Shown: positions 1 through 9,059 of the stretch, in pieces | Layout of the letters: every line of letters starts with the position of its first letter | How positions within the stretch are numbered: the first letter of the stretch is position 1 | IMG/VR virus record: IMGVR_UViG_3300048882_000756 | Coordinates: 1-33,683 of that record | Strand: one strand, 5' to 3' | Length of the DNA: 33,683 bases | Source: a virus | Taxonomy: Duplodnaviria; Caudoviricetes | Made by a program: the position numbers and the translations under genes | Notes under the pieces: generated by a model | Seen by the model: the letters and a program-made list of their open reading frames with translations, nothing else | Told to the model about the DNA's origin: nothing | Database searches by the model: none

Positions 1-1
1 C

Positions 2-325
2 GTCAATTCGGAGCCGTGCAAAAGGTCGACCCCTTTGAGCCAAGGGCAGACGGCGACGTGTCAGGGGATACTGGTTCCGACTGAGTCGATGCGAGCCGCC
101 CTTCTCTGTGCAAAAGAGACGGTCCCAACCCTGAAGAACGACCTGGTCAGATGCGAGAAGTTCAATAAGATTAAGATAGATAGCCTCTATGCCATCCTGT
201 CCCATAAGGACCGAGAGCTTGATGCTGCACGGTCGGGCCCAGGCTGGTTTACGGCGGCCGGGTACATCTTAACTGGGGCCCTCGTCGGGGCGACTGCAGC
301 CCTGGCCATAGCCTCCTCGCGCTGA
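2..325 (+). CDS. 5'-truncated hypothetical membrane protein (coiled coil plus C-terminal TM helix) next to lysis genes
   Basis: Frame is open from base 2 to TGA at 325; hydrophobic C-terminus WFTAAGYILTGALVGATAALAIA. Confidence 0.6.
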   Translation, partial: VNSEPCKRSTPLSQGQTATCQGILVPTESMRAALLCAKETVPTLKNDLVRCEKFNKIKIDSLYAILSHKDRELDAARSGPGWFTAAGYILTGALVGATAALAIASSR

Positions 326-345
326 GGGGCGCGAGCCTCCCCACA

Positions 346-374
346 TTGTCTTACTCATCAAAAAGCGTCATAAT
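346..374 (+). promoter_or_regulatory. candidate sigma70-type promoter
   Basis: TTGTCT-17nt-CATAAT in the intergenic gap before the ORF at 390. Confidence 0.45.
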
Positions 375-389
375 GAATAGTGAGCCTTA

Positions 390-746
390 ATGGAGATGGA
401 TATGTTCTCACGAGGCGACTATACGCAGGGGCTATGTACGGCCCATGAATACTACATCCAATACGTCACCAACGACGTTCTAGACACCGTATCGTCTTGG
501 CTTGTCTCCTCGGCCGCCCTTCAGTCGAAGCGTGGCATCTGTCGAGACTGGTCGGAGGTGGCACACACTCTGGATACCGCGATCATACGCCGAGCCTTCG
601 AGGCCAGGGGGGACGAGGTAAATGGAGTCGTCTTGGTGTGCGTAGCCAAGTGTGCGTCGAACGCCATAGCCAAGAGTACCGTTGTTCACGTGGAGAGGGA
701 CGCTCAAACGTTCATCTCAGACCGGGGCGGCCGGAGGCCAGGTTGA
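390..746 (+). CDS. hypothetical phage protein
   Basis: 118-aa ORF after the candidate promoter; its stop overlaps the TTG start of the endolysin. Confidence 0.6.
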   Translation: MEMDMFSRGDYTQGLCTAHEYYIQYVTNDVLDTVSSWLVSSAALQSKRGICRDWSEVAHTLDTAIIRRAFEARGDEVNGVVLVCVAKCASNAIAKSTVVHVERDAQTFISDRGGRRPG

Positions 747-1408
747 CACCATCAGAATATAACGCATCCAAGTTCGAGAGCGGAGACCTCACGGGAGGAA
801 TGATCGCGGCACTCGTCGAGCGATTCCAGGAAGAGATGGGTCTCGCAGTCGATGGCAAGTGCGGGCCCATCACGAGGGCAGCGCTGCTTTCTCCTGCCGA
901 CCCACCCGACGACGTCTCAGAACTCGCATTTGGCGCTCTTCGTATAGCCATAGAAAGCATCGGCAAGGGCGAGGAGGGGGGCAACAACTCTGGCGTGTTT
1001 GTCGAGATGCTCCACCAGAAGCACTTCGATGGCAACAATGATGACGACGGGGCCTGGTGTGCCGCTTTCATGTCACACTGCTTTGAAGAGAGCTGCTCTC
1101 GCCTCGATGTGGAGATGCCGTTCCTTCGCAGTGGGGGGGCAAAGAAGCTCTTCAGGCACGCATGGACAGCAGGGAGGTTATTGGAGGGGGGAACCACGGG
1201 CGTCGAGCGACTTGTCCTTCCTGGTGATCTCGTGTGCTGGCATCGCGGAGATCCAACGGGCTGGATGGGTCACATTGGAATCGTTGAGCGAACGGAGGGG
1301 GAACTGTTCTTCACCATCGAGGGCAACGTCGGCCGATACCCCTCCAAGGTTCGTCGATTCAGGCACACATTCGACGAGCCGAGGCTCATCGGCTTCGCCC
1401 GAGTCTAA
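743..1408 (+). CDS. endolysin: N-terminal peptidoglycan-binding domain plus CHAP domain
   Basis: FQEEMGLAVDGKCGPIT (PG_binding_1 pattern); WCAAF, GHIGIV and TIEGN (CHAP motifs); TTG start at 743 with GGAGG at 733-737. Confidence 0.85.
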   Translation: MTPSEYNASKFESGDLTGGMIAALVERFQEEMGLAVDGKCGPITRAALLSPADPPDDVSELAFGALRIAIESIGKGEEGGNNSGVFVEMLHQKHFDGNNDDDGAWCAAFMSHCFEESCSRLDVEMPFLRSGGAKKLFRHAWTAGRLLEGGTTGVERLVLPGDLVCWHRGDPTGWMGHIGIVERTEGELFFTIEGNVGRYPSKVRRFRHTFDEPRLIGFARV

Positions 1409-1914
1409 TCCCCTCTCGGAAGTATTACATGCTGTATAACCGGCTTCCGAAGCGTTTCTGAGAAAACGAGAAGCGCACTAGGGGCCGTGGCGGGGCCGGC
1501 GGCGCTGCCACGGTTGAAGTGGACACGCCCCTTGATGAAGCGTATCTCGGCAGCGCGGCTCGCATACAAGTGCCACCACCTGGTGTCGGTGCGAGCGAAG
1601 ATTAGCACGACTACCGTGCAACCGCGCAGAGAGGTGAGATAGGCCTTCTTTACCCAGTCAAGCACACCCCTACCGTATGGGGGGTTGACCCAGATGGTCG
1701 AGCCCCGAGTTTCCCAGTCAACGGTCATGGCGTCCTCGTCTGGGGAGATAAAGTCATCGCAGGTTGCGTTGCTTGCCGTGGCGCACGCATCGAGGTCGAA
1801 GCCAAACTCAGCGTCTAGCGCCTCGAAGAGGGTCGAGGGGGTGGCCCAGTCACCGCTACCCTCGATGCCGGTCGAGGAGAACAGCTGCTCACGGTTCCAG
1901 GAGGTCTTAGACAT
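1405..1914 (-). CDS. dam: phage DNA N6-adenine methyltransferase (phage Dam family)
   Basis: DWATP, FDLDACA, WVNPPYG, ARTDTRWW and IRFIKGRVHF motifs; ATG at 1914 overlaps the end of the upstream gene. Confidence 0.85.
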   Translation of the reverse strand: MSKTSWNREQLFSSTGIEGSGDWATPSTLFEALDAEFGFDLDACATASNATCDDFISPDEDAMTVDWETRGSTIWVNPPYGRGVLDWVKKAYLTSLRGCTVVVLIFARTDTRWWHLYASRAAEIRFIKGRVHFNRGSAAGPATAPSALLVFSETLRKPVIQHVILPRGD

Positions 1915-2929
1915 CGAGCCACTCGGGGTGGGAGAGATACCAGTGAACGCACCGCTCAAGGCTTGCGTCAAAGGCGACCGGTGGCCGCCATGACAGTGCC
2001 GCCATCCTAGAGCCGTCGAGGGCATACCGCAGGTCGTGCCCCGGTCGAGTGCTGTGAGCGTCTACCAGGTTGTACTTGAGGGGCTTGCCGACGATTGTAG
2101 CGATGCGCTTAGCTAGCGCGAGGTTGTCCAGCTCTACCTCGCCAACCACGTTATAGCGGTCGGGCCTGTCAGCGTATGGGGGCTCGCGAAGTGGAGATTC
2201 ATAGGCGCTTGGCCTCCCCATGGTGAGGAGGTGCAGACACGCAGATGCGTGGTTGCGTGCATGCAAATAGTGGCGAGACCCGATCACGCCGCCCTGGCTG
2301 TGGATGTCGACCGTCTCTTCATTCAACACCCTCTTAATCACCATGGGCACGTACTTGTCTGCCCCTTGCCGTTCACCGATGTTGTTCATTGTGTTTGTGA
2401 GGATGACGGGGACGCCATATGTACGCCAATAGGAGATGGCTATCGCCTCTTGCGCGGCCTTCGATGCTGCATACGGATTGCTCGGGATGATGGGCTCCCA
2501 CTCGCGGTGACGGTGGGAGAGGGGCGCAGGGCCATATACTTCATCAGTCGAAATTTGGATGACGCAAGCAGGATTACAACTCCGGGCAAGCTCCATGACG
2601 GAGAGGGTCACCGACACGTTGTTCTCAATCACCTGCCGAGGCTCTCGGATCGACCTATCGACATTGGAATCGGCGGCGAAGTGGATGATGAAGTCGATGG
2701 ACCCCAGACGGTCGAGGAGCACATTGCTAAGCGGGGCAGTGAGGTCATGTGTAAAGAACGACAACCGGCCTCGATGGCGTTGAACGTGGGCGCTGTCTGA
2801 TAGGCGCTCTGGGACCCCGTCGTGCCGCCATGAGGCAAGACACAGAATCTCCCAGTCTGTGTTGATAAGAAGGTGCTCGACGCAGTGCGAGCCTATGAAC
2901 CCATCGGGCCCCGTAACAAGACACCGCAT
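1907..2929 (-). CDS. rfbB: NAD-dependent dTDP-glucose 4,6-dehydratase-like (RmlB/RfbB, extended SDR)
   Basis: LVTGPDGFIG (GxxGxxG), HFAADSNVDRSI, ISTDEVYG, PSNPYAASK (YxxxK), RPGHDLRY. Confidence 0.85.
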   Translation of the reverse strand: MRCLVTGPDGFIGSHCVEHLLINTDWEILCLASWRHDGVPERLSDSAHVQRHRGRLSFFTHDLTAPLSNVLLDRLGSIDFIIHFAADSNVDRSIREPRQVIENNVSVTLSVMELARSCNPACVIQISTDEVYGPAPLSHRHREWEPIIPSNPYAASKAAQEAIAISYWRTYGVPVILTNTMNNIGERQGADKYVPMVIKRVLNEETVDIHSQGGVIGSRHYLHARNHASACLHLLTMGRPSAYESPLREPPYADRPDRYNVVGEVELDNLALAKRIATIVGKPLKYNLVDAHSTRPGHDLRYALDGSRMAALSWRPPVAFDASLERCVHWYLSHPEWLDV

Positions 2930-2931
2930 GG

Positions 2932-3525
2932 CTAAGCCTTTCCAGACAGGTAGTCGGCACAAATAAGCTCGACGGCTCGCCCCTCCTGCATGTCGAGGTC
3001 TTCAGCCTCCTCTCTCATGACCCTAATGGCAGCATCCACAATCTCTCGCTGCCCCTCGGTCAACCGAAGAGGGTGCCCCATTTTGAGAGGCTCTGCGATA
3101 TGATCCATCGGGGTCTCACCAGTATCGACGAGCGCCAGGACCTCCGCGTCTGTCCATCCAAGTTCGTGGACATCGAACTCGTCAGCAACCTGGGACAGCT
3201 GCTCATGGAGTTCGTAGGTATCCCAGTCGGCCAGCTCAGCCGTCCGGTTGTCGGTGATTGCGTAGGCTGTGGCAGCGCTTTGTGGGCCAGTAAAGACGGA
3301 TACGGCTATCTCGTCCCACCCCAAGCGCTTGGCGGCTGCCAGGGTGGCGTTACCGGCGATTATGGTGCCGTCTGGGAGGGCGACCACAGGCTTCTGCTGG
3401 CCAAACTGCTTAAGGCTGTTCATTACAGACTTAATGTTTCGCTCCGAGTGGGTGCGAACATTCTTAGGATCTGGAGAGAAGTCGCCTATGGGCTTTCCAA
3501 GGTGTTGAAGTGAAGCCTCTATCAT
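2932..3525 (-). CDS. ParB/Srx-like N-terminal domain protein
   Basis: PKNVRTH, SLKQFGQQKPVV, IIAGN and DNRTAELADWD are typical of phage ParB-like proteins; ATGA overlap with the upstream gene. Confidence 0.8.
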   Translation of the reverse strand: MIEASLQHLGKPIGDFSPDPKNVRTHSERNIKSVMNSLKQFGQQKPVVALPDGTIIAGNATLAAAKRLGWDEIAVSVFTGPQSAATAYAITDNRTAELADWDTYELHEQLSQVADEFDVHELGWTDAEVLALVDTGETPMDHIAEPLKMGHPLRLTEGQREIVDAAIRVMREEAEDLDMQEGRAVELICADYLSGKA

Positions 3526-3899
3526 GGCTCTGGGACTACCACGGGGGTAGCCTCTGAGCAATCGCTCCATCGCCGCTCAATGAAGTTCGCACCAGCCCTA
3601 ACGGCCTGGGCTCTCTCCTCTGCGGACTTATAGCGCGTAGGCTTAAGTTGCACAGTCAGCAACTCCAACGCCTCAACACCCGAAACGCCTCGACGGGTCC
3701 GGCCGCGACTGTGGGCCCCGAGGTCCTCCCCACGGTCCAATGCGTTCTTAAACGCCGACCAGTTCATACCTAGTCCCGTATAGACTTCCCTCACGCTCGT
3801 CGGCCCCACAAACCTCTTTAAGATGTCTATGATCTCTTTGTTAATTCGGATGATCTCATAGACATCTTCCAAGGTGATCAAGTCATTATCATTGCTCAT
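3522..3899 (-). CDS. hypothetical protein
   Basis: 125-aa ORF coupled to both neighbours by ATGA overlaps. Confidence 0.65.
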   Translation of the reverse strand: MSNDNDLITLEDVYEIIRINKEIIDILKRFVGPTSVREVYTGLGMNWSAFKNALDRGEDLGAHSRGRTRRGVSGVEALELLTVQLKPTRYKSAEERAQAVRAGANFIERRWSDCSEATPVVVPEP

Positions 3900-4114
3900 C
3901 GGAACTCCCTATCAATCCACATCGGACAAGTAATGGAGAGCCCCAGCTCTCCGTCTTCCAGGGCCTGCTCCTGGATATGTGTTAAGTCGTTCGACACACG
4001 GCCCTCATCAATAAGGGCACACGTGGTAAAGACCTCAGCCAGACTGCCCCGCACGCCATGAGTCTCATGCTCAACACGGCAATACCCACACGTATCACAC
4101 CGACCGGGATTCAT
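3896..4114 (-). CDS. small Cys-rich hypothetical protein
   Basis: CDTCGYC...C...CP; coupled start at 4114. Confidence 0.55.
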   Translation of the reverse strand: MNPGRCDTCGYCRVEHETHGVRGSLAEVFTTCALIDEGRVSNDLTHIQEQALEDGELGLSITCPMWIDREFR

Positions 4115-4524
4115 TGATCCCCCCACAGGCTGGGCTGTGCAGAAGCCGAGCCGGGAGACACTCGCCGCAGCTCAGCCTTCAGGCCAGCAACCTCAGCACG
4201 GAGGCGCTGGATCTCGCCGCTCATCTCTTCCCTGGTAACAGTCCTGGCTTGGGGCCTGTCGACAGACATGGCCCCTACGGGGCCAGGCCCCCAGACGACA
4301 GACCTTCGGCCAGACACTCGGCAAGGCCTGTGACCCTGCTCCACAATCAGACCCTCTCTCGCAAGCTCCGAAAGGCGCTTGTGCGCCGACTGAGAAGAGA
4401 GGCTCTCGTTAAGCTCCCTGCCAGTATGTCCACCTCGCTCTATAAGGTGGCGAAACACCAGAGCCCTGGTCTCTGGAAGACTTCTTAACACTTCCCTATA
4501 CGCATCAATTGAAGACCACCGCAA
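4111..4524 (-). CDS. putative winged-helix DNA-binding protein with coiled-coil tail
   Basis: TGRELNESLSSQSAHKRLSELAREGLI...RPCRVSGR resembles phage wHTH proteins. Confidence 0.55.
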   Translation of the reverse strand: MRWSSIDAYREVLRSLPETRALVFRHLIERGGHTGRELNESLSSQSAHKRLSELAREGLIVEQGHRPCRVSGRRSVVWGPGPVGAMSVDRPQARTVTREEMSGEIQRLRAEVAGLKAELRRVSPGSASAQPSLWGDQ

Positions 4525-4572
4525 AACACACCCCCAAAAGCTGAGGCACCAGAACGCCTAATGCCTACATCA

Positions 4573-4602
4573 CTTGTATCGCAGTGCTTAACATAAAGTC
4601 AA
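4573..4602 (-). promoter_or_regulatory. candidate sigma70-type promoter
   Basis: Minus strand TTGACT-18nt-TACAAG in an intergenic gap. Confidence 0.35.
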
Positions 4603-4654
4603 GTGATTGTTCGGTGGGGACGACGCTGTGTAGTAGAGGAGGGGCCCACAGGGG

Positions 4655-4948
4655 CTAGTGAATGGTCTTATCTTTCAGGATCTGTTCGGCAATGAACGCC
4701 GTGAACTCGGTGACCGAGGCCTCGTCGTCGGTCCTGACAGTGCCAGCCAGGACATCAAGGCCCGCCATGAGTGGCGCGAGGTAGTCCAATATGAGGCGGG
4801 CAGTCGCACACTCTGCGCCGCCTTCGGCCATGGAGGAGGCCACCTCAACCTGCGAAACGGCATGAGCCGCAGCGAGGCACTGGGGGTGGAGCGGTATCAG
4901 CTCCTCGTGCGCACCTGTGGCGCTTTCGACAGTAATCCTTATCTGCAT
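4655..4948 (-). CDS. hypothetical protein
   Basis: 97-aa ORF with AAGGA upstream, in operon context. Confidence 0.6.
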   Translation of the reverse strand: MQIRITVESATGAHEELIPLHPQCLAAAHAVSQVEVASSMAEGGAECATARLILDYLAPLMAGLDVLAGTVRTDDEASVTEFTAFIAEQILKDKTIH

Positions 4949-4962
4949 GATGTCTGTGGTCC

Positions 4963-5352
4963 TTACCGTATAGGTGGGGTTCCCCCAATAGCCATTATGA
5001 ACAGGTCGGCCAGATACTGCGTCATCAGTTGTTGTTTTCTGAGCGCAGCGGCTAACTTAGCTTTGTCCTCCTCCATCTCGGAGAGGGTCTTGCGGAACCC
5101 GTCACGCTGGGCGTCCGCATCTGCCATGGCGTCATCCTTCTCACGCGAGAGCTGTTCGAGCAGATAGAACAGCTTATGGGTTCGGTTCATTTCCGCCCAC
5201 TGGGGCGGGGAATCGCCACCCACAGACACGCCCTCTGAGTGGTACGATGCTGCGCTCATTGCCTCTGCCTCGAATAAGTCGAAGTCATTGCCATCTAAGG
5301 CGGCAGCTACCGCCTCGGGGAAATGCACTGTGAGCTTCTTCTCTGTTGCCAT
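4963..5352 (-). CDS. hypothetical coiled-coil protein
   Basis: 129-aa ORF with AAGGAG RBS. Confidence 0.65.
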   Translation of the reverse strand: MATEKKLTVHFPEAVAAALDGNDFDLFEAEAMSAASYHSEGVSVGGDSPPQWAEMNRTHKLFYLLEQLSREKDDAMADADAQRDGFRKTLSEMEEDKAKLAAALRKQQLMTQYLADLFIMAIGGTPPIR

Positions 5353-5364
5353 GATGTCTCCTTG

Positions 5365-5886
5365 TCAGATTGACGTATGTTGTCCTGTTGTTGTGTAGAT
5401 GCGCCCCACCCCTGAGATGGGCTTATAGGCGCACTGATGGAGGGCGGCCTTGATTACGGGCGCGGCGTCTCCTTCCCATAGCACTGCCCGCCTCGATGCG
5501 GACGCCCGATTAGCGGTGGCCGAGTCGTTGGTGACATAAACAGAGATCTGAGCAGTTCGACACACGCAGCCGCGCCAATGTTTGGTGGCGGCATCGAATG
5601 CTTCTGGGTCGTTTGTCTCGACACCAACAACGCACCGGCCCCTGACGGCACCACCCCACGGCACCACGTGTCGCTTGGCGTAGCCGGGTGGCTCATACAT
5701 GCCATCCAGAACGAGGACGTCTACTTCCCGCGCCTTGCGGAGCAGGAGATCTAGTCGGTAGTCTGTGGCCTCTTCAAGCTCCTCTATACGGTCGCGATAG
5801 TGAGACGGGGGGGAGACAACGGTTTCACCGGCCGCCTCCAGAAGCGCGGCGAGACCAATGGAGTCGCCCGTCAGGAACCACTTCAT
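5365..5886 (-). CDS. hypothetical protein
   Basis: 173-aa ORF with GAGGAG upstream and ATGA overlap. Confidence 0.6.
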   Translation of the reverse strand: MKWFLTGDSIGLAALLEAAGETVVSPPSHYRDRIEELEEATDYRLDLLLRKAREVDVLVLDGMYEPPGYAKRHVVPWGGAVRGRCVVGVETNDPEAFDAATKHWRGCVCRTAQISVYVTNDSATANRASASRRAVLWEGDAAPVIKAALHQCAYKPISGVGRIYTTTGQHTSI

Positions 5887-6056
5887 GGATAGCTCTCCTC
5901 ATCGAAGACGAACGAGAGCACCTCTGCGCCCTCCTCGTCCAGCGTCTCAATAAGGGGTTCGCCTACGACTTCGCAGGGGGCCCCGCACTCATCGCAACAC
6001 CCGGCCTGCGACTGAACGTGATCACACTCGAAGCAGAGGTAGTCTCCCGTTTTCAT
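5883..6056 (-). CDS. 57-aa zinc-ribbon-like protein (not in ORF track)
   Basis: MKTGDYLCFECDHVQSQAGCCDECGAPC...EESYP*; two CxxC motifs; ATGA overlaps on both sides fill the gap exactly. Confidence 0.65.
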   Translation of the reverse strand: MKTGDYLCFECDHVQSQAGCCDECGAPCEVVGEPLIETLDEEGAEVLSFVFDEESYP

Positions 6057-6529
6057 TGGTTTCTCCCGCAGAATGTCATTAGTCCATAATAGGCAAGGAG
6101 GGCCCCGTCCGCTATACCGTCGTGAGGCTTCGTCCTTCTGCCTGGAGTAAGGTCTAGTGACGGGAACAGTCGTCTGGCGGCAGCCACGTTCCTAGCCTTC
6201 CCCAAGCCCGGTACCCCAGCGAGGGCTTTTTTTGTCCAGGCACTCGGGAGCGGCGTGACATATCGAAGGCCAACACAGACGCACGTCGCCCTCAAGGCCC
6301 CAAAGGAAGACCCAAGGGTGAAGATGCTGCTACGACCCTGGGCAGGCATGGCGTGCTGCCTCTCCAGAACGACAGCGTCGGCGTGGGCCCCAAGGAACGA
6401 CTTGACGGTGGCAACGTCTAGCTCTTTGCCGTCGTAGGGCATCAGGAGAACCTCGCCCACCTCCAGGGTCTCGGAATCAATCGTGACGATTGCCCCGGAC
6501 TTTCCGGGGTCGATGCCGGCTATTCGCAT
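6053..6529 (-). CDS. RuvC-like Holliday junction resolvase
   Basis: IAGIDPGKSGA, VVLE, SIFTLG, PSAW and HDGIADG motifs. Confidence 0.8.
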   Translation of the reverse strand: MRIAGIDPGKSGAIVTIDSETLEVGEVLLMPYDGKELDVATVKSFLGAHADAVVLERQHAMPAQGRSSIFTLGSSFGALRATCVCVGLRYVTPLPSAWTKKALAGVPGLGKARNVAAARRLFPSLDLTPGRRTKPHDGIADGALLAYYGLMTFCGRNQ

Positions 6530-6789
6530 GTCTCGGCCGGTGGGTGAAGCCCCTCGAAATTAACGGGGTCCGTATAGGTGAGTTCCACCCTATTGGCCTC
6601 CCTGCCATATGAGGTGGGCTCACTAATCGAGACGCCCATCCCTCGGTCACGGCACGCCACGCCGAGAAGAACAGACCACCCGTCAGGGTGGCTTATCCTA
6701 ATCGTGTGGTCGTCACCCTCTGACAGAAAGACCGAGATGGCGCACCGAGAAGATTCAGAGATTCCGCAGATGTTGAATGAGCTGGGCAT
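6520..6789 (-). CDS. hypothetical protein
   Basis: ATG at 6789 directly after the ssb stop; fills the gap to the resolvase. Confidence 0.5.
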   Translation of the reverse strand: MPSSFNICGISESSRCAISVFLSEGDDHTIRISHPDGWSVLLGVACRDRGMGVSISEPTSYGREANRVELTYTDPVNFEGLHPPAETCE

Positions 6790-6790
6790 C

Positions 6791-7198
6791 CTAGTTCCCC
6801 CAGCCCCCACCACCCTGGCCCCCGTTGCCCCCGTTGCCGCCGTTGCCCCAGCCGCCTCCGCTTGGCCCATCGGCCTTGTCTCCGACCCGCTTGACGGGCA
6901 TCACGCTCGTCAGGTTGAACTGTACGGTAGCGCTCGCGACCCCGTCTTGTTTCGCGTAAGCGTATACCCCCGACATCGACCCAGAAACGAAGACGGTGTC
7001 CCCCTTTACGAGGTTGTGCTCACGGACCTCCTCCGCAAGTCGCTCCCAACACGTGCCCTCGCACCAGGCATACGTGTCCTTCCGGCAGTAGACGGACATG
7101 GGTAGCTTGAGAATGTTCTTACCGTTGATCTCTTTGGTCTCCGGGTCGCGTGAGATCTTTCCGTAGAATGCTGCGATGAACTTGGGTGAAAATGCCAT
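6791..7198 (-). CDS. ssb: single-stranded DNA-binding protein (OB fold)
   Basis: GKISRDPE, W...CWERLAE, LVKGDTVFVSG and a Gly-rich tail; adjacent to the annealing protein. Confidence 0.75.
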   Translation of the reverse strand: MAFSPKFIAAFYGKISRDPETKEINGKNILKLPMSVYCRKDTYAWCEGTCWERLAEEVREHNLVKGDTVFVSGSMSGVYAYAKQDGVASATVQFNLTSVMPVKRVGDKADGPSGGGWGNGGNGGNGGQGGGGWGN

Positions 7199-7200
7199 GT

Positions 7201-7890
7201 CTATACTCTCCAGTTGTTGTCGGCCTTCTCGGCGTTTACGATGAAATCTTGTAATGTCTTGAGGTCACCAGGGCTCAGGTCGTTGAGCTTCGAATCCCGC
7301 TGCTTCTTGACGAAGTCGTGTACGTCGGAGATCTTCACCCCGAGACTATACATACAGTCGATGAAGCCATCGACGCCAAAGGCGTCGTCACTCTCTTGGC
7401 TCTCTGCCTCCAGCCCTGGAGCCGGGGCGTCGTCTAGGGATGAATCATCTTCAGCGCCCTCGTATATGTGGAGCCCCAGGCCAAGAAAGGCGAGGCACTT
7501 CACCTGTGACCGGCGACGAGCCTTATTGATTGCAAATGCGTCTGGGTTCTTGATGGCCCGGTTGTTCGAGTCGATGACCGGATATGTGTGCTCCATGGGC
7601 TCATCGCCGGGGACGGTGATTACCGTGGTAACGCTCGCGCTACCGTCCCTGTAGTACATCACGTCCAGCTCAGACCCGTCTGCCTGGCGGAACATCTTCT
7701 CGTAGATTCGGGTTCCTGGGAAGTGGTCCTGAATCAGACGCCACGCAGATTGCCACCGAAGGTAGTTATATCGGCCCTTTTGCTCGACTTGGTTTTCCTC
7801 GAATACGCGGAGGATGGACAGGGCGCTCCACACTGTTGTTTCCTCCACTGGGCCTTCTCTGGGCTCCATCGTCACAAAGTCGTCAGACAT
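7201..7890 (-). CDS. Sak3/DUF1071-like single-strand annealing protein
   Basis: KGRYNYLRWQSAW, YPVIDSNNRAIKNPDAFAINKARRRSQVKCLAFLGLGLHIYEG. Confidence 0.8.
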   Translation of the reverse strand: MSDDFVTMEPREGPVEETTVWSALSILRVFEENQVEQKGRYNYLRWQSAWRLIQDHFPGTRIYEKMFRQADGSELDVMYYRDGSASVTTVITVPGDEPMEHTYPVIDSNNRAIKNPDAFAINKARRRSQVKCLAFLGLGLHIYEGAEDDSSLDDAPAPGLEAESQESDDAFGVDGFIDCMYSLGVKISDVHDFVKKQRDSKLNDLSPGDLKTLQDFIVNAEKADNNWRV

Positions 7891-9059
7891 TTTGCACCCC
7901 CGCCTTCTTTGCTCTCTCCATTGCTCTCTCCTTTGGCTTTCGTGATGGAGACCCCTATCGATGGTCCTCCAGGCCTTTTGTAAAGCTCCCAAAGCTCCGG
8001 TCGCTCACTCCGAAACCTCGCAGAATCAAACCTTCTTGTTCCCTCCCTATGCTTTATCATCACCACAGACTGGCCCGTTTCGGCACCAGCGTGGTTCATT
8101 AGGAGGCTCCTCAGCTCATTGTCGAGTCGGCTAACCTCATCGCCGTGGGCTTTCGCCTCCTTCGTCGCGCCTTTCTTCCTGTCGGCAGCCGCCTTTCTCT
8201 GGTTTAGGGCCTCCACCACCGAGCCATATAGTTCCGGCTCGTCATCTTCCAGAAGCATTGCGGGACCGGCCCCCTCGGCGGCCTCGCCACGAGCCTCCAT
8301 TAGGCCCATAGAACACTCGTCGCTGCCGTCAGTTGGCGGAAGGCGGCGGTTTACTACGTGTTCTCTGTACCATGTGGCGAGCCGGGGCAGCTCATCAGCC
8401 TCATACCGGGACGCTGACACGTAGTCTGACATCCCCACCTCTCCGGCCCTGCGAATCTGAACGTCGTATCCAGCGAGGGCCTCAGCGACAGCGTTGGGCC
8501 CCGCCGCATCGAGCAGCCTTACGAGAGCCCTAAAGTCCGAGTCATGGGCCTGCAGGACAATAAGGTAGTGTTCAGTCAGGCAGCCGTCATCAGGCAACTT
8601 TCCTTGGTCTCGAAGATGTCGAGACAGGACGCAAGAGTAGTGCGCGACCTGCGTCCAATAGTCTTCTCTCGACCAGTCCAGCTCCTCCCACCTGCTGTCG
8701 TATGTCTTAATTTCAGCAATCCCTACAGGCCGACCTCGGCCGTCGTAGACCAGCCGGTCTATCGTCGCGTGGATGGACGGGTGCGCCGGGTCGTATGTTA
8801 CGCCGCGACCCCACAGCTCCCCCAGCTGTCGACTACCATCGGCAAACGGGCCCATTTGCGCGGCCCGTAGCGCAACCGGTGCCTCTAGGACTATCCCCCT
8901 GTGCATCGCGAACGTCGTCTCCTTGCGGGGGTCAAGACCGAGGAGCTTTCGGTACGCCTTGTGCGGGCCGCCATACTTGCTCTTTCCCAAGATCATGGTC
9001 GCCGTTGTTCCACCGATAGTGTCGGTGGGTGGAGACATCCTGGTTTCGTCAACCCTCAT
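7872..9059 (-). CDS. YqaJ-like viral recombinase exonuclease
   Basis: IGGT...ILGKSKY, AMHRGIVLE, ATIDR, EIKT, YWTQV..Y and C-terminal FDSARFRSERPELWELY. Confidence 0.8.
   Translation of the reverse strand: MRVDETRMSPPTDTIGGTTATMILGKSKYGGPHKAYRKLLGLDPRKETTFAMHRGIVLEAPVALRAAQMGPFADGSRQLGELWGRGVTYDPAHPSIHATIDRLVYDGRGRPVGIAEIKTYDSRWEELDWSREDYWTQVAHYSCVLSRHLRDQGKLPDDGCLTEHYLIVLQAHDSDFRALVRLLDAAGPNAVAEALAGYDVQIRRAGEVGMSDYVSASRYEADELPRLATWYREHVVNRRLPPTDGSDECSMGLMEARGEAAEGAGPAMLLEDDEPELYGSVVEALNQRKAAADRKKGATKEAKAHGDEVSRLDNELRSLLMNHAGAETGQSVVMIKHREGTRRFDSARFRSERPELWELYKRPGGPSIGVSITKAKGESNGESKEGGGAKCLTTL

Noticed and set aside
497-742. N-terminal extension of the endolysin ORF
   Set aside because: It overlaps the 390-746 gene; the TTG at 743 with GGAGG is a better start.
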